Assembly (NCBI GenBank): GCA_963792585.1
Contig: CAWBWI010000001.1
Coordinates: 128,001-192,000 of the forward strand
Direction: 5' to 3'
Length of the DNA stretch: 64,000 bases
DNA from: Candidatus Eiseniibacteriota bacterium
Lineage (GTDB): Bacteria > Eisenbacteria > RBG-16-71-46 > CAIMUX01 > VGJL01
The notes under the pieces were generated by a model. That model saw only the letters and a list, made by a program, of their open reading frames with translations. It did not search any database and was not told where the DNA came from. Shown here piece after piece: positions 1 through 10,197 of this stretch. Each line of letters starts with the position of its first letter. Positions within the stretch are counted from its first letter, which is position 1. The translations under genes and the position numbers were made by a program.

Positions 1-1
1 G

Positions 2-586
2 TTCAAGGTGCTCCAGCCGGAGGTCCCGGTGGTCATCACCCGGCTCGAGCCGAGGCGGACCACGGTCAGCGACATCATCACGATCTACGGGACCGGCTTC
101 CGCATGGAAACGGTCGACCCGCTCGTGACCTTCCAGGGCGCACAGGGACGGATTCCGACCACGATCACCGTCTGGGACGAGGAGAGCATCCGCGCCTGGG
201 TTCCCCAGGGAGCCGTGGACGGACCGGTCATCATCCAGTTCGACGACGCCGTGAGCGAGGGAGTGTTCTTCTCGATCGCGCCCCGGCGAATCACCTATAC
301 GGGGGACATCCATCCCCTCTTCCAGGCGAAAGGATGCCTCGGCTGTCACACCGGCGCGACGCCTCCCGCGAACCTGAACCTCGAGACGAAGGCACTCGCG
401 CTTCATGGCGATAGCGACCACGGTCCTGTCGTTGTGATCCGCGATGGACCGGGCAGCATCCTGGTCCACAAGCTTGGCCCGAATCCGCCCTTCGGCGCCC
501 GGATGCCATTCGGGTGTACGACTTGCTTGAGTGATGAGGAGATCCTGATCGTCTCGGACTGGATCGACGAAGGGGTCGACAATTAG
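2..586 (+). CDS. 5'-truncated IPT/TIG-domain protein with C-terminal c-type cytochrome domain
   Basis: Frame is open from the window edge. IPT/TIG-like segment (ITIYGTGF...W...IRAWVPQGAVDGPV), then YTGDIHPLF..CLGCH heme motif and ARMP...ILIVSDWIDEG, typical of planctomycete-type cytochrome c domains. Confidence 0.7.
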   Translation, partial: FKVLQPEVPVVITRLEPRRTTVSDIITIYGTGFRMETVDPLVTFQGAQGRIPTTITVWDEESIRAWVPQGAVDGPVIIQFDDAVSEGVFFSIAPRRITYTGDIHPLFQAKGCLGCHTGATPPANLNLETKALALHGDSDHGPVVVIRDGPGSILVHKLGPNPPFGARMPFGCTTCLSDEEILIVSDWIDEGVDN

Positions 587-771
587 AGATGGCGTCGCCA
601 CCGGGCCGCAGCCGGGGCATAGCAGGACCGCCGTCCGGCCGCGATTGGGCCGCAACCGGGTCGCAGGCGACTGCGGCCCGGTTGTAGACTCGAGAAGGGC
701 GTCGCGGAGGTGAACGGAGGTCAGGGCCGCACAAACCCGCCAATCAGCAATCGACATACAGGAGACTGCCA

Positions 772-1212
772 ATGGCACGGACAAGCACCTATCTAAACTT
801 CATGGGCAAGACCGAAGAGGCCTTCCTCTTCTACAAGTCGGTCTTCAAGACGGAATTCGTGGACCGGATCCACCGAATGAGCGACGCGCCCCCGGGCCCA
901 GGCATGCCGCAACTCAGCGATGCCGAGAAGAACATGGTCATGCACGTCGAACTCCCCATCGTCGGCGGACACGTCCTGATGGGCACCGATGCGCTGGAAT
1001 CGATGGGGCACAAGCTGACGGTCGGCGATAACGTTCACATCAACCTGGAGCCGGACACGCGCGCAGAGACCGAACGGCTCTTCGCGGCGCTCGGCGCGGG
1101 AGGCAAGGTCGGGATGCCGCTCGCGGACATGTTCTGGGGCGCGTACTTCGGAAGCCTGACGGATAAGTTCGGCGTCCAGTGGATGTTCAACTGCTCGGAG
1201 GCGAAGAAGTAG
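772..1212 (+). CDS. VOC/PhnB-family glyoxalase-like protein
   Basis: YLNF.G.TEEA..FY..VF, VMHVEL, MFWGAYFGSLTDKFGVQWM motifs; AGGAG RBS upstream. Confidence 0.9.
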   Translation: MARTSTYLNFMGKTEEAFLFYKSVFKTEFVDRIHRMSDAPPGPGMPQLSDAEKNMVMHVELPIVGGHVLMGTDALESMGHKLTVGDNVHINLEPDTRAETERLFAALGAGGKVGMPLADMFWGAYFGSLTDKFGVQWMFNCSEAKK

Positions 1213-1248
1213 CGACGCGCTCACCCGCATCAGGCAGCATGAGACGAA

Positions 1249-1286
1249 AGGGCGATCCTCTCTCCGTCCGGAGAGATGATCGCCCT
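1249..1286 (-). terminator. Long hairpin, probable intrinsic terminator between convergent genes
   Basis: AGGGCGATC-C-TCTCTCCG / CGGAGAGA-T-GATCGCCCT inverted repeat; short T run on the minus strand. Confidence 0.55.
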
Positions 1287-1499
1287 ACGAACATCGGGGC
1301 CCGCCTCGTGGTCACCCTTGCGCATCGGCCACCATGACCCGGTTTCCACCGAATCATCGCGCCGCCGTGGCTCTGTTCCCCCCCGGACTTTCCGCTTGGG
1401 AAGGGCAAACTCCGTGCAGGTGAAACGCGCCGCTCTGCGGGGCATGTCCGCCCGTGAGCGGGTGTCACTTCGCGCGGGGGAGATGAAGGACTTCTCCGG

Positions 1500-2153
1500 C
1501 TACAGCGACCGCGCTGTGATCGCCTCCGTCGCATCGGGCGCATCGACCTCACGCGCCACGACAATGAATCGCTTCGGGGCGGGGCCGAGCCAGTGAAAGG
1601 GGTAGCAGGTGACCAGCGTCAGCCGGGAATCTCCGTGCCCGTCCAAGATGCCGATGTCGGATGGCTCGACGATCGATGTCGACTCGACTCGATAGAAGTG
1701 CGTTCGATCGGGCGTCACGATCCGTATGAGATCGTCCGTCCGCACGCCGCCGAGGCTCCGGAAATGGGTGTCGCGGTGGGCCGCGAGGACGACATTCCCA
1801 GCGTCGCCAGGAAGCGCGGAGCCTACCAGGTGCCCCGCGCCGCTAAGGAGAGAGAGAGACCCGGTGCCTTCGACAATCACAGTGGAGAGTCTGATCCGGG
1901 GAATCTCGATCCTCCCGATGCATGCCGTCCCCGTAGCCGCGCCGCGAACATCAGTCGGCCGGGATTGACCCCGCGCCGCGTCTCGCGACGCTGCGGTCAT
2001 CGCCCGGGCCAACGACCGCTCCGCGATGAACTGAATCACCTCTCCTCCGACGACGCCGGCCCACCAGCACGATAGGCTGAGCCCGGCAACCGAGAAGAGA
2101 ACCAATTCCGCTCTTCGCAACAGCGGCCGCCGTTGGCTGACCATTGGGCGCAT
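1500..2153 (-). CDS. Class D sortase (LPXTG-site transpeptidase)
   Basis: N-terminal TM anchor, GRIEIPRI, GHLVGSALPG..GNVVLAAHRDTHF (catalytic His), LTLVTCYPF (catalytic Cys), KRFIV (Arg). Start uncertain (2201 GTG, 2153 or 2144 ATG). Confidence 0.9.
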   Translation of the reverse strand: MRPMVSQRRPLLRRAELVLFSVAGLSLSCWWAGVVGGEVIQFIAERSLARAMTAASRDAARGQSRPTDVRGAATGTACIGRIEIPRIRLSTVIVEGTGSLSLLSGAGHLVGSALPGDAGNVVLAAHRDTHFRSLGGVRTDDLIRIVTPDRTHFYRVESTSIVEPSDIGILDGHGDSRLTLVTCYPFHWLGPAPKRFIVVAREVDAPDATEAITARSL

Positions 2154-2270
2154 GACCGCAGCGAACCTCCATCCCCCAAGTCGTCCGAGAAGGTTTCGCA
2201 CCCGGCGCCCGAAGGGGGCAGGTCGAACGCCGGGTGCGAGCTAGCTGGGTCCAAAGGAGGGGCGACCCGG

Positions 2271-2765
2271 CTAGTGGCGAATCAGGGCGCGGATCGTCAC
2301 GCCCCCGGCAAACATGAGCAACCCGACGAATGCCAACACAGGAAAGGGACTCGCAGTCTTCGGCATCGTGTCCGATCCGTTTCCAGTCTGGGTGCCATAG
2401 GGATCGGTGGACTGGGATGACGGAGACGACTCCTTCAGTCCGGTTGCGCTCGCATCGACCATCACGTTGGAGACATGGAACGTGCCCGGCGCGGGCGTAT
2501 GATACTCCACCCGCACCGCGGAGCCGGCGCCGACCGTGGCCGGGATGGTGCTCGCCGAATCCCGCGCGAAGATCATCTGATCGCCGCCCTCCGTCCTGAT
2601 CACGAGGGAAGTTGCCGAGACGGAAACGACCGTGCCCATGACGGTGTTTATCATCTCCGTAGATGGAGTGGCCTGGGAAGTTTGCGTGTCGTACTGGGCC
2701 GCGACGGGCGCCGCGAACGCCAGGACGAGGGCGCCGGCCATGAGGATTGCGGTGTATCGGTTCAT
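2271..2765 (-). CDS. Secreted small OB-fold-like (DUF5666-like) protein with sortase sorting signal MPKTAS-TM-basic tail
   Basis: Signal peptide ending APVAA; GTVVSVSATSLVIRT...VRVEY beta domain; Ser/Thr linker; MPKTAS + hydrophobic helix + RALIRH. AAGGAGG RBS; directly upstream of the sortase. Confidence 0.8.
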   Translation of the reverse strand: MNRYTAILMAGALVLAFAAPVAAQYDTQTSQATPSTEMINTVMGTVVSVSATSLVIRTEGGDQMIFARDSASTIPATVGAGSAVRVEYHTPAPGTFHVSNVMVDASATGLKESSPSSQSTDPYGTQTGNGSDTMPKTASPFPVLAFVGLLMFAGGVTIRALIRH

Positions 2766-2869
2766 CTGTGGCCTCCTTAGCCTCTTCAGCTCAAAGCCTC
2801 TACCGCTTGAATCCTTTGGAGCCTCCCTGTGGAGGTTCTCGTTACATCGCCCCATGCGATTCGAGTCAA

Positions 2870-2884
2870 GCAAGTCCGGTGCCA
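2870..2884 (-). promoter_or_regulatory. Sigma-54 -24/-12 promoter for substrate-sortase operon
   Basis: Minus strand reads TGGCAC-CGGAC-TTGC, an exact match to TGGCAC-N5-TTGC, about 105 bp before the ATG. Confidence 0.8.
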
Positions 2885-3094
2885 CAACGCCGAATCAGAC
2901 GCAGGATGGTCCTTACTGAATACGCGATGGGCAGTTGACCGCATCGTCATCGCGACCGCCGAAATCAGTCGGACAGGAATCGGTTTGTAGCCTTTTCCAA
3001 ACGCCGCGAAAACTACCCACATCGACTTCACCCGAGGTCGGGCCCCACGTTCGCAGGCGCGCGCCGCATATGCCTTTACGATGGAACCTCCCGG

Positions 3095-3110
3095 TGGCTC
3101 ATATGTTGCA
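3095..3110 (+). promoter_or_regulatory. Sigma-54 -24/-12 promoter for trehalose operon
   Basis: TGGCTC-ATATG-TTGCA with correct GG/GC spacing, 28 bp before ATG 3138. Confidence 0.75.
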
Positions 3111-3137
3111 TACAGGTTCGGCCGGGAGGGTGCCTCT

Positions 3138-4604
3138 ATGTCATCGCCAGAGTCCCTTCGTGATCTGGTCGCTCAAAAGATCGGCAAGGCGCTATTCGTC
3201 GTCGTGTCGAATCGGGAGCCTTATACGCACTCGTTCAAGGCGGGTAAGATCGAGTGCCGCAGACCCGCGTCTGGGATGGCGACCGGACTCGAACCCGTCG
3301 TACGTGCGACGAAGGGTCTCTGGGTCGCCCACGGCTCCGGCAACGCCGACCGCGCGGTGGTGGACGCGGGCAACAAGGTCCCCGTGCCGCCATCCTCTCC
3401 CGAGTTCACCCTGAAGCGCGTCTGGCTCACCAAATCCGAAGAGGACCACTATTACCACGGATTCTCGAATCGAACGATGTGGCCGCTTTGTCACGTCGTC
3501 TTCGTACGACCATCGTTCGAACAGGCCGACTGGGAAGCCTACCGGGCGGTCAACGAGAAGTTCGCCGCCGCGGTTCTGGAGGAAGTCGGCCAGGAGCGCG
3601 CCTTCGTCTGGATCCAGGACTTCCACCTTTCCCTCCTGCCGAAGCTCCTGAAGGACGCGCGCCCCGATCTGATGGTCGCCCAGTTCTGGCACGTGCCATG
3701 GCCCACGCCCGAGATCTTCCGTCTCTGTCCCTGGAAGACGGACATCCTCAAGGGCCTGCTGGCGAACGACCTGGTCGGCTTCCATCTCCGCTACCACTGC
3801 GACAATTTCCTCGAGACGATCGATCGTGAGCTCGAGGCGCGCGTCGATCGCGAGCGTTCCTCGGTCTTCTCCTCGGGGCACGAGACGCAGGTGCGGCGGA
3901 TGCCGATCAGCATCGACTTCGAGCGGACGGTGGAGATCGCCGACAGCGCCGCGGTTCTCAAGCAGATCGACGCGTTTCGCGAGAACCTGGGCATCCACGC
4001 CGAGTTCCTGATCCTCGGGGTCGACCGATTCGACTACACGAAGGGGATTCCGGAACGGATCCGGGCGCTCGACCGTTTCCTCGAGAAGTACCCGGAATAT
4101 CTTGGGCGGGTCACCCTCCTCCAGACGGGACCGGTCTCCCGGGTCCACGTGCGGGAATACAAGGAACTCAACGATCGGGTGACCGCGCTGGTCGAGGAGG
4201 TGAACTGGAGGCACGGAGTCAACTCATGGCAGCCGATCGTCCTCACCCGTGGTCACCTCAATGAAGTGGAGATGATCGCCCTCTACCGGATGGCGGACGT
4301 CGCATTGGTCAGTTCCCTCCACGACGGGATGAACCTGATCGCCAAGGAGTTCGTCGCCGCGCGGACCGACGGTGGAGGGGTCCTGATCCTGTCGAAGTTC
4401 ACCGGTGCGGCGCGCGAACTCGAGCAGGCGACGCTGATCAATCCGTACGACACGGAGGATTTCGCGGACGCCCTGAAGCGGGCTCTCGAGATGCCCGAGT
4501 CCGAGCGAAGGGAATCGCTCACCAAAATGCAGGATCTCCTCCGGGAACAGAATGTCTATTACTGGGCCGAGCAGTTCGTCTCGCAGCTCTCGAGGTTGGC
4601 CTGA
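3138..4604 (+). CDS. otsA: Trehalose-6-phosphate synthase (GT20)
   Basis: VVSNREP, SGMATGL, YYHGFSNRTMWPLCH, WIQDFHL, FWHVPWP, GVDRFDYTKGIPER, DGMNLIAKEFVA, LSKFTGAA; GGAGG RBS before 3138. Confidence 0.93.
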   Translation: MSSPESLRDLVAQKIGKALFVVVSNREPYTHSFKAGKIECRRPASGMATGLEPVVRATKGLWVAHGSGNADRAVVDAGNKVPVPPSSPEFTLKRVWLTKSEEDHYYHGFSNRTMWPLCHVVFVRPSFEQADWEAYRAVNEKFAAAVLEEVGQERAFVWIQDFHLSLLPKLLKDARPDLMVAQFWHVPWPTPEIFRLCPWKTDILKGLLANDLVGFHLRYHCDNFLETIDRELEARVDRERSSVFSSGHETQVRRMPISIDFERTVEIADSAAVLKQIDAFRENLGIHAEFLILGVDRFDYTKGIPERIRALDRFLEKYPEYLGRVTLLQTGPVSRVHVREYKELNDRVTALVEEVNWRHGVNSWQPIVLTRGHLNEVEMIALYRMADVALVSSLHDGMNLIAKEFVAARTDGGGVLILSKFTGAARELEQATLINPYDTEDFADALKRALEMPESERRESLTKMQDLLREQNVYYWAEQFVSQLSRLA

Positions 4605-5374
4605 TGGCGGCGCACCATCCGTTCCGCTTCGAGACCGCGGCGGTCCTCACACGCCTCACCAACCGCCGCGCCCGGTCCCTGCGCGAGCTGCGGGAGGGTC
4701 TGCAGGTCGCGACCGGATCGATGATCTTCCACCACACCTACAACGCGCTCCTGGACCGGCACTTCGTCGCGGGCGCGCCGCAGAACGACTTCGTCCACTG
4801 GGTGGATCGGACGCTGCGGCTCCGCGCTCTTGCGGAGCGCTTCGACGCGATCGACGCCTATGACTTCACGGATCTTCAGGAACTGCGCAAAGAGCTTGTC
4901 CGGATCCTCGACGATCACCTCGCCCATGGGGGAGAGAACCCGTCGGCTGCGCCTGAAGAGGAGTTCCACTTTCTCGAATCGGTGAGCGTCGCGACGCCGA
5001 CCCCGTTTCTGGCCGAAGATCTCGCGGGTTTCCGGGAAGCTCTCTCCAGGGTGGGAATCCGCTCGATCTACCACCATTTTCTGACCGCGCGGCTGAGAAT
5101 GAGCCGAAAGTCGAATGATTTCTCCACCTGGCTCGAGGAAAGCCTCGACGAGCGGGTGCTTGCGCAGGCGTTCGAGCGGATCGATCCCGGGGTGGGCACG
5201 CTCGAGGATGCGCGGGCCCTGATGGTGCAGCTGGTCGACGGAACGCTGGGAACGCGGAAGCGAGCGAAGGTCCTCAGGCTCGGACTCCTGAGCGCTTCCG
5301 TCCTCGGCGCGCTCGCCGCCGGCGCCCGCGTGCGCGGAAAGGGGAAAGAGGATCATGACCGTCACTCTCGATGA
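4604..5374 (+). CDS. DUF5752-family protein
   Basis: Two internal repeats (SMIFHH...NDFVHW / SIYHHF...NDFSTW); coupled to otsA and treT; hydrophobic C-terminal tail. Confidence 0.75.
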   Translation: MAAHHPFRFETAAVLTRLTNRRARSLRELREGLQVATGSMIFHHTYNALLDRHFVAGAPQNDFVHWVDRTLRLRALAERFDAIDAYDFTDLQELRKELVRILDDHLAHGGENPSAAPEEEFHFLESVSVATPTPFLAEDLAGFREALSRVGIRSIYHHFLTARLRMSRKSNDFSTWLEESLDERVLAQAFERIDPGVGTLEDARALMVQLVDGTLGTRKRAKVLRLGLLSASVLGALAAGARVRGKGKEDHDRHSR

Positions 5375-6584
5375 GTATGCTCCCATCGTGGGCGAGTCCG
5401 AAGTGGCCGAGATCCGCGCCCTCGCGCGGGCCGTCCACGCCAAGCGGGTCCTGCACGTGAACTCGACCGCGGTCGGCGGGGGAGTGGCCGAGATCCTCCA
5501 CCGCCTGGTGCCGCTCCTGAACGAGGTTGGCGTTCCCGCCCGGTGGGAGGTGATCAAAGGCGGAGGAGACTTCTTCGCCGTCACCAAGGCGTTCCACAAT
5601 GCTCTTCACGGCAAGGCGGAGACGATCCGGCCCGACCATCTCGAGACCTTCCGGGAGTACAGCGCAATGAACGCCGCCGCCATGGAGTTCGACGCCGAAG
5701 GGATCGTCATCCACGACCCGCAGCCCGTCGCCATGGTCGAGAAGCGTGGGCGTAATGGGCAGTGGTGGGTCTGGCGCTGCCACATCGACGTTTCCCGGCC
5801 CGATCCGCAGGTGTGGGAATTCCTGCGCCCGTGGATCGAAGCCTACGACGCGGCGATCTTCTCCGCGCCGAGCTTCTCGCAGGCTCTGCCGATCCCTCAG
5901 TTCCTGATCCCGCCCTCCATCGATCCGCTCGCAACCAAGAACCGGGAGCTGGAACCGGAGCAGGTTACGGGAGTCTACGAACGATTCTCGATCGACCGCA
6001 AACGACCGGTCATCGTGCAGATCTCGCGCTTCGATCGCCTGAAGGACCCCTTCGGTCTGGTCGACGCCTACCGGATGGTCCGCAAGCGTGCCGATTGCCA
6101 GCTCGTCCTTGCGGGCGGCGGGGCGACGGACGATCCCGAGGGGGCAGAGGTCCTCCTTGAGCTGCAGGCGATGCGCGGGGAGGATCCCGACCTGCACATC
6201 CTCCACCTTCCCCCGGGGAGCGATTTGGAGATCAACGCGCTCGTGCGCGGCGCGACGGTCGTCGTGCAGAACTCGATCAAGGAAGGCTTCGGCTTGACCG
6301 TCTCGGAGGCGCTCTGGAAGGCAAAGCCGGTCATCTCGCGACCCGTCGGCGGGATCTCATCGCAAGTTCTCCACGGCATCACCGGCTTGATGGCGCATTC
6401 CACCGAGGGCGTGGCCTCCAACATCCGTTACTTACTGTCGCATCCCGATATTGCGACCCGGCTCGGCAGGCTTGGGCGGGAACACGTCCGGCACAATTTT
6501 CTGATCACCCGCCATCTCCGGCAGGAATTGCTCCTCATGATCGCCCTGGACCATCCCGGGGAGCGCGACGTGCGGGTGGCCTGA
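5355..6584 (+). CDS. treT: Trehalose synthase TreT-like glycosyltransferase (GT4)
   Basis: HVNSTAVGGGVAEIL, FFAVTKAFHNALHG, IHDPQP, WRCHID, QISRFDRLKDP, EGFGLTVSEALWK. Confidence 0.88.
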   Translation: MTVTLDEYAPIVGESEVAEIRALARAVHAKRVLHVNSTAVGGGVAEILHRLVPLLNEVGVPARWEVIKGGGDFFAVTKAFHNALHGKAETIRPDHLETFREYSAMNAAAMEFDAEGIVIHDPQPVAMVEKRGRNGQWWVWRCHIDVSRPDPQVWEFLRPWIEAYDAAIFSAPSFSQALPIPQFLIPPSIDPLATKNRELEPEQVTGVYERFSIDRKRPVIVQISRFDRLKDPFGLVDAYRMVRKRADCQLVLAGGGATDDPEGAEVLLELQAMRGEDPDLHILHLPPGSDLEINALVRGATVVVQNSIKEGFGLTVSEALWKAKPVISRPVGGISSQVLHGITGLMAHSTEGVASNIRYLLSHPDIATRLGRLGREHVRHNFLITRHLRQELLLMIALDHPGERDVRVA

Positions 6585-6595
6585 TGGGATGCCGA

Positions 6596-7105
6596 TCAGT
6601 GCCCGGTGCGGAACGTCACACCACCCACGATCGACGTCGTGTCCAGCTCCGTAAGAGCCAGACGGCCCTCCAGGAAGAACGAAGCGGTGCGGCCGGGGAA
6701 GATCACTCCTCCGAGGAGATTCAGCCCCGCATTCGTTTCGTTTTCATCCCTGAACCTCGGCCGATCGATCCGGAGAAAGTGGAGGCCGAAGCCGGCGCCG
6801 AGATAGGGTGCGGCGCTGCCGGCCGGGCCGAAGTGGTAGTAGATGTCGAAGTTCGGGTTCACATCCGACACGCGCCCGCTGCTCCAGTAGCGCAAATTCG
6901 GCTGTAGGTGGAGGCGGCTTCCCCGCTCCTCGAACTCCAGGTGTCCACCGATCACGAGGGCTCCGTCGAGGTCTTCAGGATCCGCGAATCCTCCGCTGAA
7001 GCCGACCCCGGACAAACCGTACGCATGGGAAGGTATCGGGGTCGCGACTGTGAGGGCGACCGCGAGAGCGGCCGTGAACATGACGGCGAGGAATGTGCGC
7101 TGCAT
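6596..7105 (-). CDS. Outer-membrane beta-barrel protein
   Basis: Signal peptide ending PSHA; amphipathic strands, PYLGAGFG, FFLEGR, terminal GGVTF; GAGGAGG RBS. Confidence 0.75.
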   Translation of the reverse strand: MQRTFLAVMFTAALAVALTVATPIPSHAYGLSGVGFSGGFADPEDLDGALVIGGHLEFEERGSRLHLQPNLRYWSSGRVSDVNPNFDIYYHFGPAGSAAPYLGAGFGLHFLRIDRPRFRDENETNAGLNLLGGVIFPGRTASFFLEGRLALTELDTTSIVGGVTFRTGH

Positions 7106-7209
7106 GGAACCTCCTCTATGGCGCGGTTCATTGGTGAGGCCGCGAGACCGACGCGGCTGCGATGCCGGGCGGTCTCGGGTCCTCCAACGCATCCTATCGA
7201 GCGATCCTC

Positions 7210-7359
7210 CTAGATCACCTTTCGACCCTGGATCAGACGGATGAGCACCGAGATGATGGCGAGCACGAGCAGAATGTGAATGAAGCCATGCACGGTGTAG
7301 GCCGTGATCATCCCGAGCAGCCAGAGAAGCACGAGAACTATGGCGATCGTCCACAACAT
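7210..7359 (-). CDS. Lmo0937-family (DUF5670) small membrane protein
   Basis: MLWTIAIVLVLLWLLG...GFIHILLVLAII..LIRLIQGR matches the family pattern; AGGAGG RBS. Confidence 0.88.
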   Translation of the reverse strand: MLWTIAIVLVLLWLLGMITAYTVHGFIHILLVLAIISVLIRLIQGRKVI

Positions 7360-7441
7360 GACACACCTCCTATGAAGCGAATGGGTCCTGTGGTCGGCCT
7401 CGGTCGAGTAAGGATTCCGCGCGGCCTTGGGGTTGGCAGCG

Positions 7442-7687
7442 TCAGATTCGACCCCGCGCGTGCCCGGCCCCGCCCCTTCCCCTCCAAGCGAACAGCCCCG
7501 CGCCAAGCACGATCGCCCCGGCGCCGGCCCAGATGGGCACGTTCACCGTCTTCTTCTCGCGCAATTGGAGCTCGAGGTCTCCCAGCTTTGCTTCGTGCGT
7601 TTCCTTGGTATACGTGACCTTCCCGTAGACGGCGGCCAGGATTCCTCCCGCAACGAGCAGGATGGCGATGAGTCTGCATACGTTCAT
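7442..7687 (-). CDS. Small two-TM membrane protein (DUF3185-like)
   Basis: TM-YTKETHEAKLGDLEL...KKTVNVPIWAGAGAIVLG-TM; GGGAGG RBS. Confidence 0.7.
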   Translation of the reverse strand: MNVCRLIAILLVAGGILAAVYGKVTYTKETHEAKLGDLELQLREKKTVNVPIWAGAGAIVLGAGLFAWRGRGGAGHARGRI

Positions 7688-7777
7688 CGATCGAAACCTC
7701 CCTTCAGGTTCGTGCACGGGACGACTTCCCAACGCCTCCATTCGGAACATGTCGTTCTACACTCCTCGACCCAAACC

Positions 7778-7792
7778 GCAAGGCCCATGCCA
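7778..7792 (-). promoter_or_regulatory. Sigma-54 -24/-12 promoter
   Basis: Minus strand TGGCAT-GGGCC-TTGC, about 90 bp upstream of ATG 7687; divergent from the NtrC-like gene. Confidence 0.75.
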
Positions 7793-7984
7793 CGGGCGCG
7801 GCGGGTCCATAGATTCTATCAACCCATTACCGCGCCTCGAGATAAGAGGGGTCTGTCCATCTGCGTCTGATTTCACGAATAGATTGGGGGGCCTCATCGC
7901 TACTCATGATTGTAGAATCTTCCGTTGGCCGCCAATCTGGCAGGACGGGAGGTGCTGTTGACCGCAAGCAGTGGGGGGAGTCTC

Positions 7985-9415
<1,431 letters not shown>

Positions 9416-9511
9416 ACTCCGCCGGGACACGCACCACCTCCGCTTCATTCCGATACCCACGGTCGACCTGGGGAGCGGGCCGAAAGTCTCCAGCCCGGAG
9501 CCACCGGAGTC

Positions 9512-10153
9512 CTACCGCGAAGTCAGGGCGTCCCGCCTCGCCGAGGGCGGGATCTTCTCGACCATGACGAGCAGCACCTGGCGCTGGTGGGCGTGGTCGT
9601 CGCCCCAGGCCGCGCGCTCCAGTTCGGGCGGCGTCTCTCCGAAGCTGATGGCGTTGTAGCGGACCATCTGCGTCGGCGCGCGCGAGGCCAGGTAACGGAG
9701 CACCGCGTTCGCTCTCAGCTGGGCCAGTTGCAGGTTATAGGAGTCGGTTCCCCGCGGATCGGCGAACCCGTAGAGTTCGGCGAGGTACTGCGGGCTCCTG
9801 TCCATCTCCTGCGCGGCCTGCTCGAGACTCGCCTTGGCCGCATCGTCCAACTCCGCGCTGTCGAATGCGAAGTAGACCTGGTAACGGGCCGCTTCCCGGT
9901 AGTCGACGTTCCCCAGGGCAAGGGAGCGCGAGGAGTCGGCGCGCATGGCGGCGGCCCCGGCTGCGGTCAGAGCGCGGGCTCCATCGCCACGAACCTGGTC
10001 GAGATCCGCGCGCAGGGCCGTGTTCTTGTCCGCCGTGTCCTTTCGAAGATCGGCGACCTGGTTGCGGACGTATCCCTTGGTCGCGCAGCCCGACGAGGTT
10101 GCGAGCACGACCAGCGCGGCGCCGATCCATACGGGAACCTGATTTCCTCTCAT
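9512..10153 (-). CDS. OmpA-family lipoprotein
   Basis: Lipobox SSGC, GCATKGYVR coiled coil, VYFAFDSAEL, GFADPRG...YNLQLAQLRANAV peptidoglycan-binding motif. Confidence 0.85.
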   Translation of the reverse strand: MRGNQVPVWIGAALVVLATSSGCATKGYVRNQVADLRKDTADKNTALRADLDQVRGDGARALTAAGAAAMRADSSRSLALGNVDYREAARYQVYFAFDSAELDDAAKASLEQAAQEMDRSPQYLAELYGFADPRGTDSYNLQLAQLRANAVLRYLASRAPTQMVRYNAISFGETPPELERAAWGDDHAHQRQVLLVMVEKIPPSARRDALTSR

Positions 10154-10197
10154 GACAGCCTCCTCACGCGCTCAACACTCGGCATGGGCCTTCGTGG

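Noticed and set aside
652..685. 15-bp hairpin after the first gene as an ncRNA
   Set aside because: Best explained as a simple terminator or stability stem; no other support.
773..787. TGGCACGGACAAGC as a sigma-54 site
   Set aside because: Inside the coding start, and the GG/GC spacing is off by one.
1381..1410. Minus-strand GGAAAGTCCGG (RNase P-like) and plus-strand GGGCAAAC (c-di-GMP-I-like)
   Set aside because: Only short cores match; the remaining conserved elements are absent.
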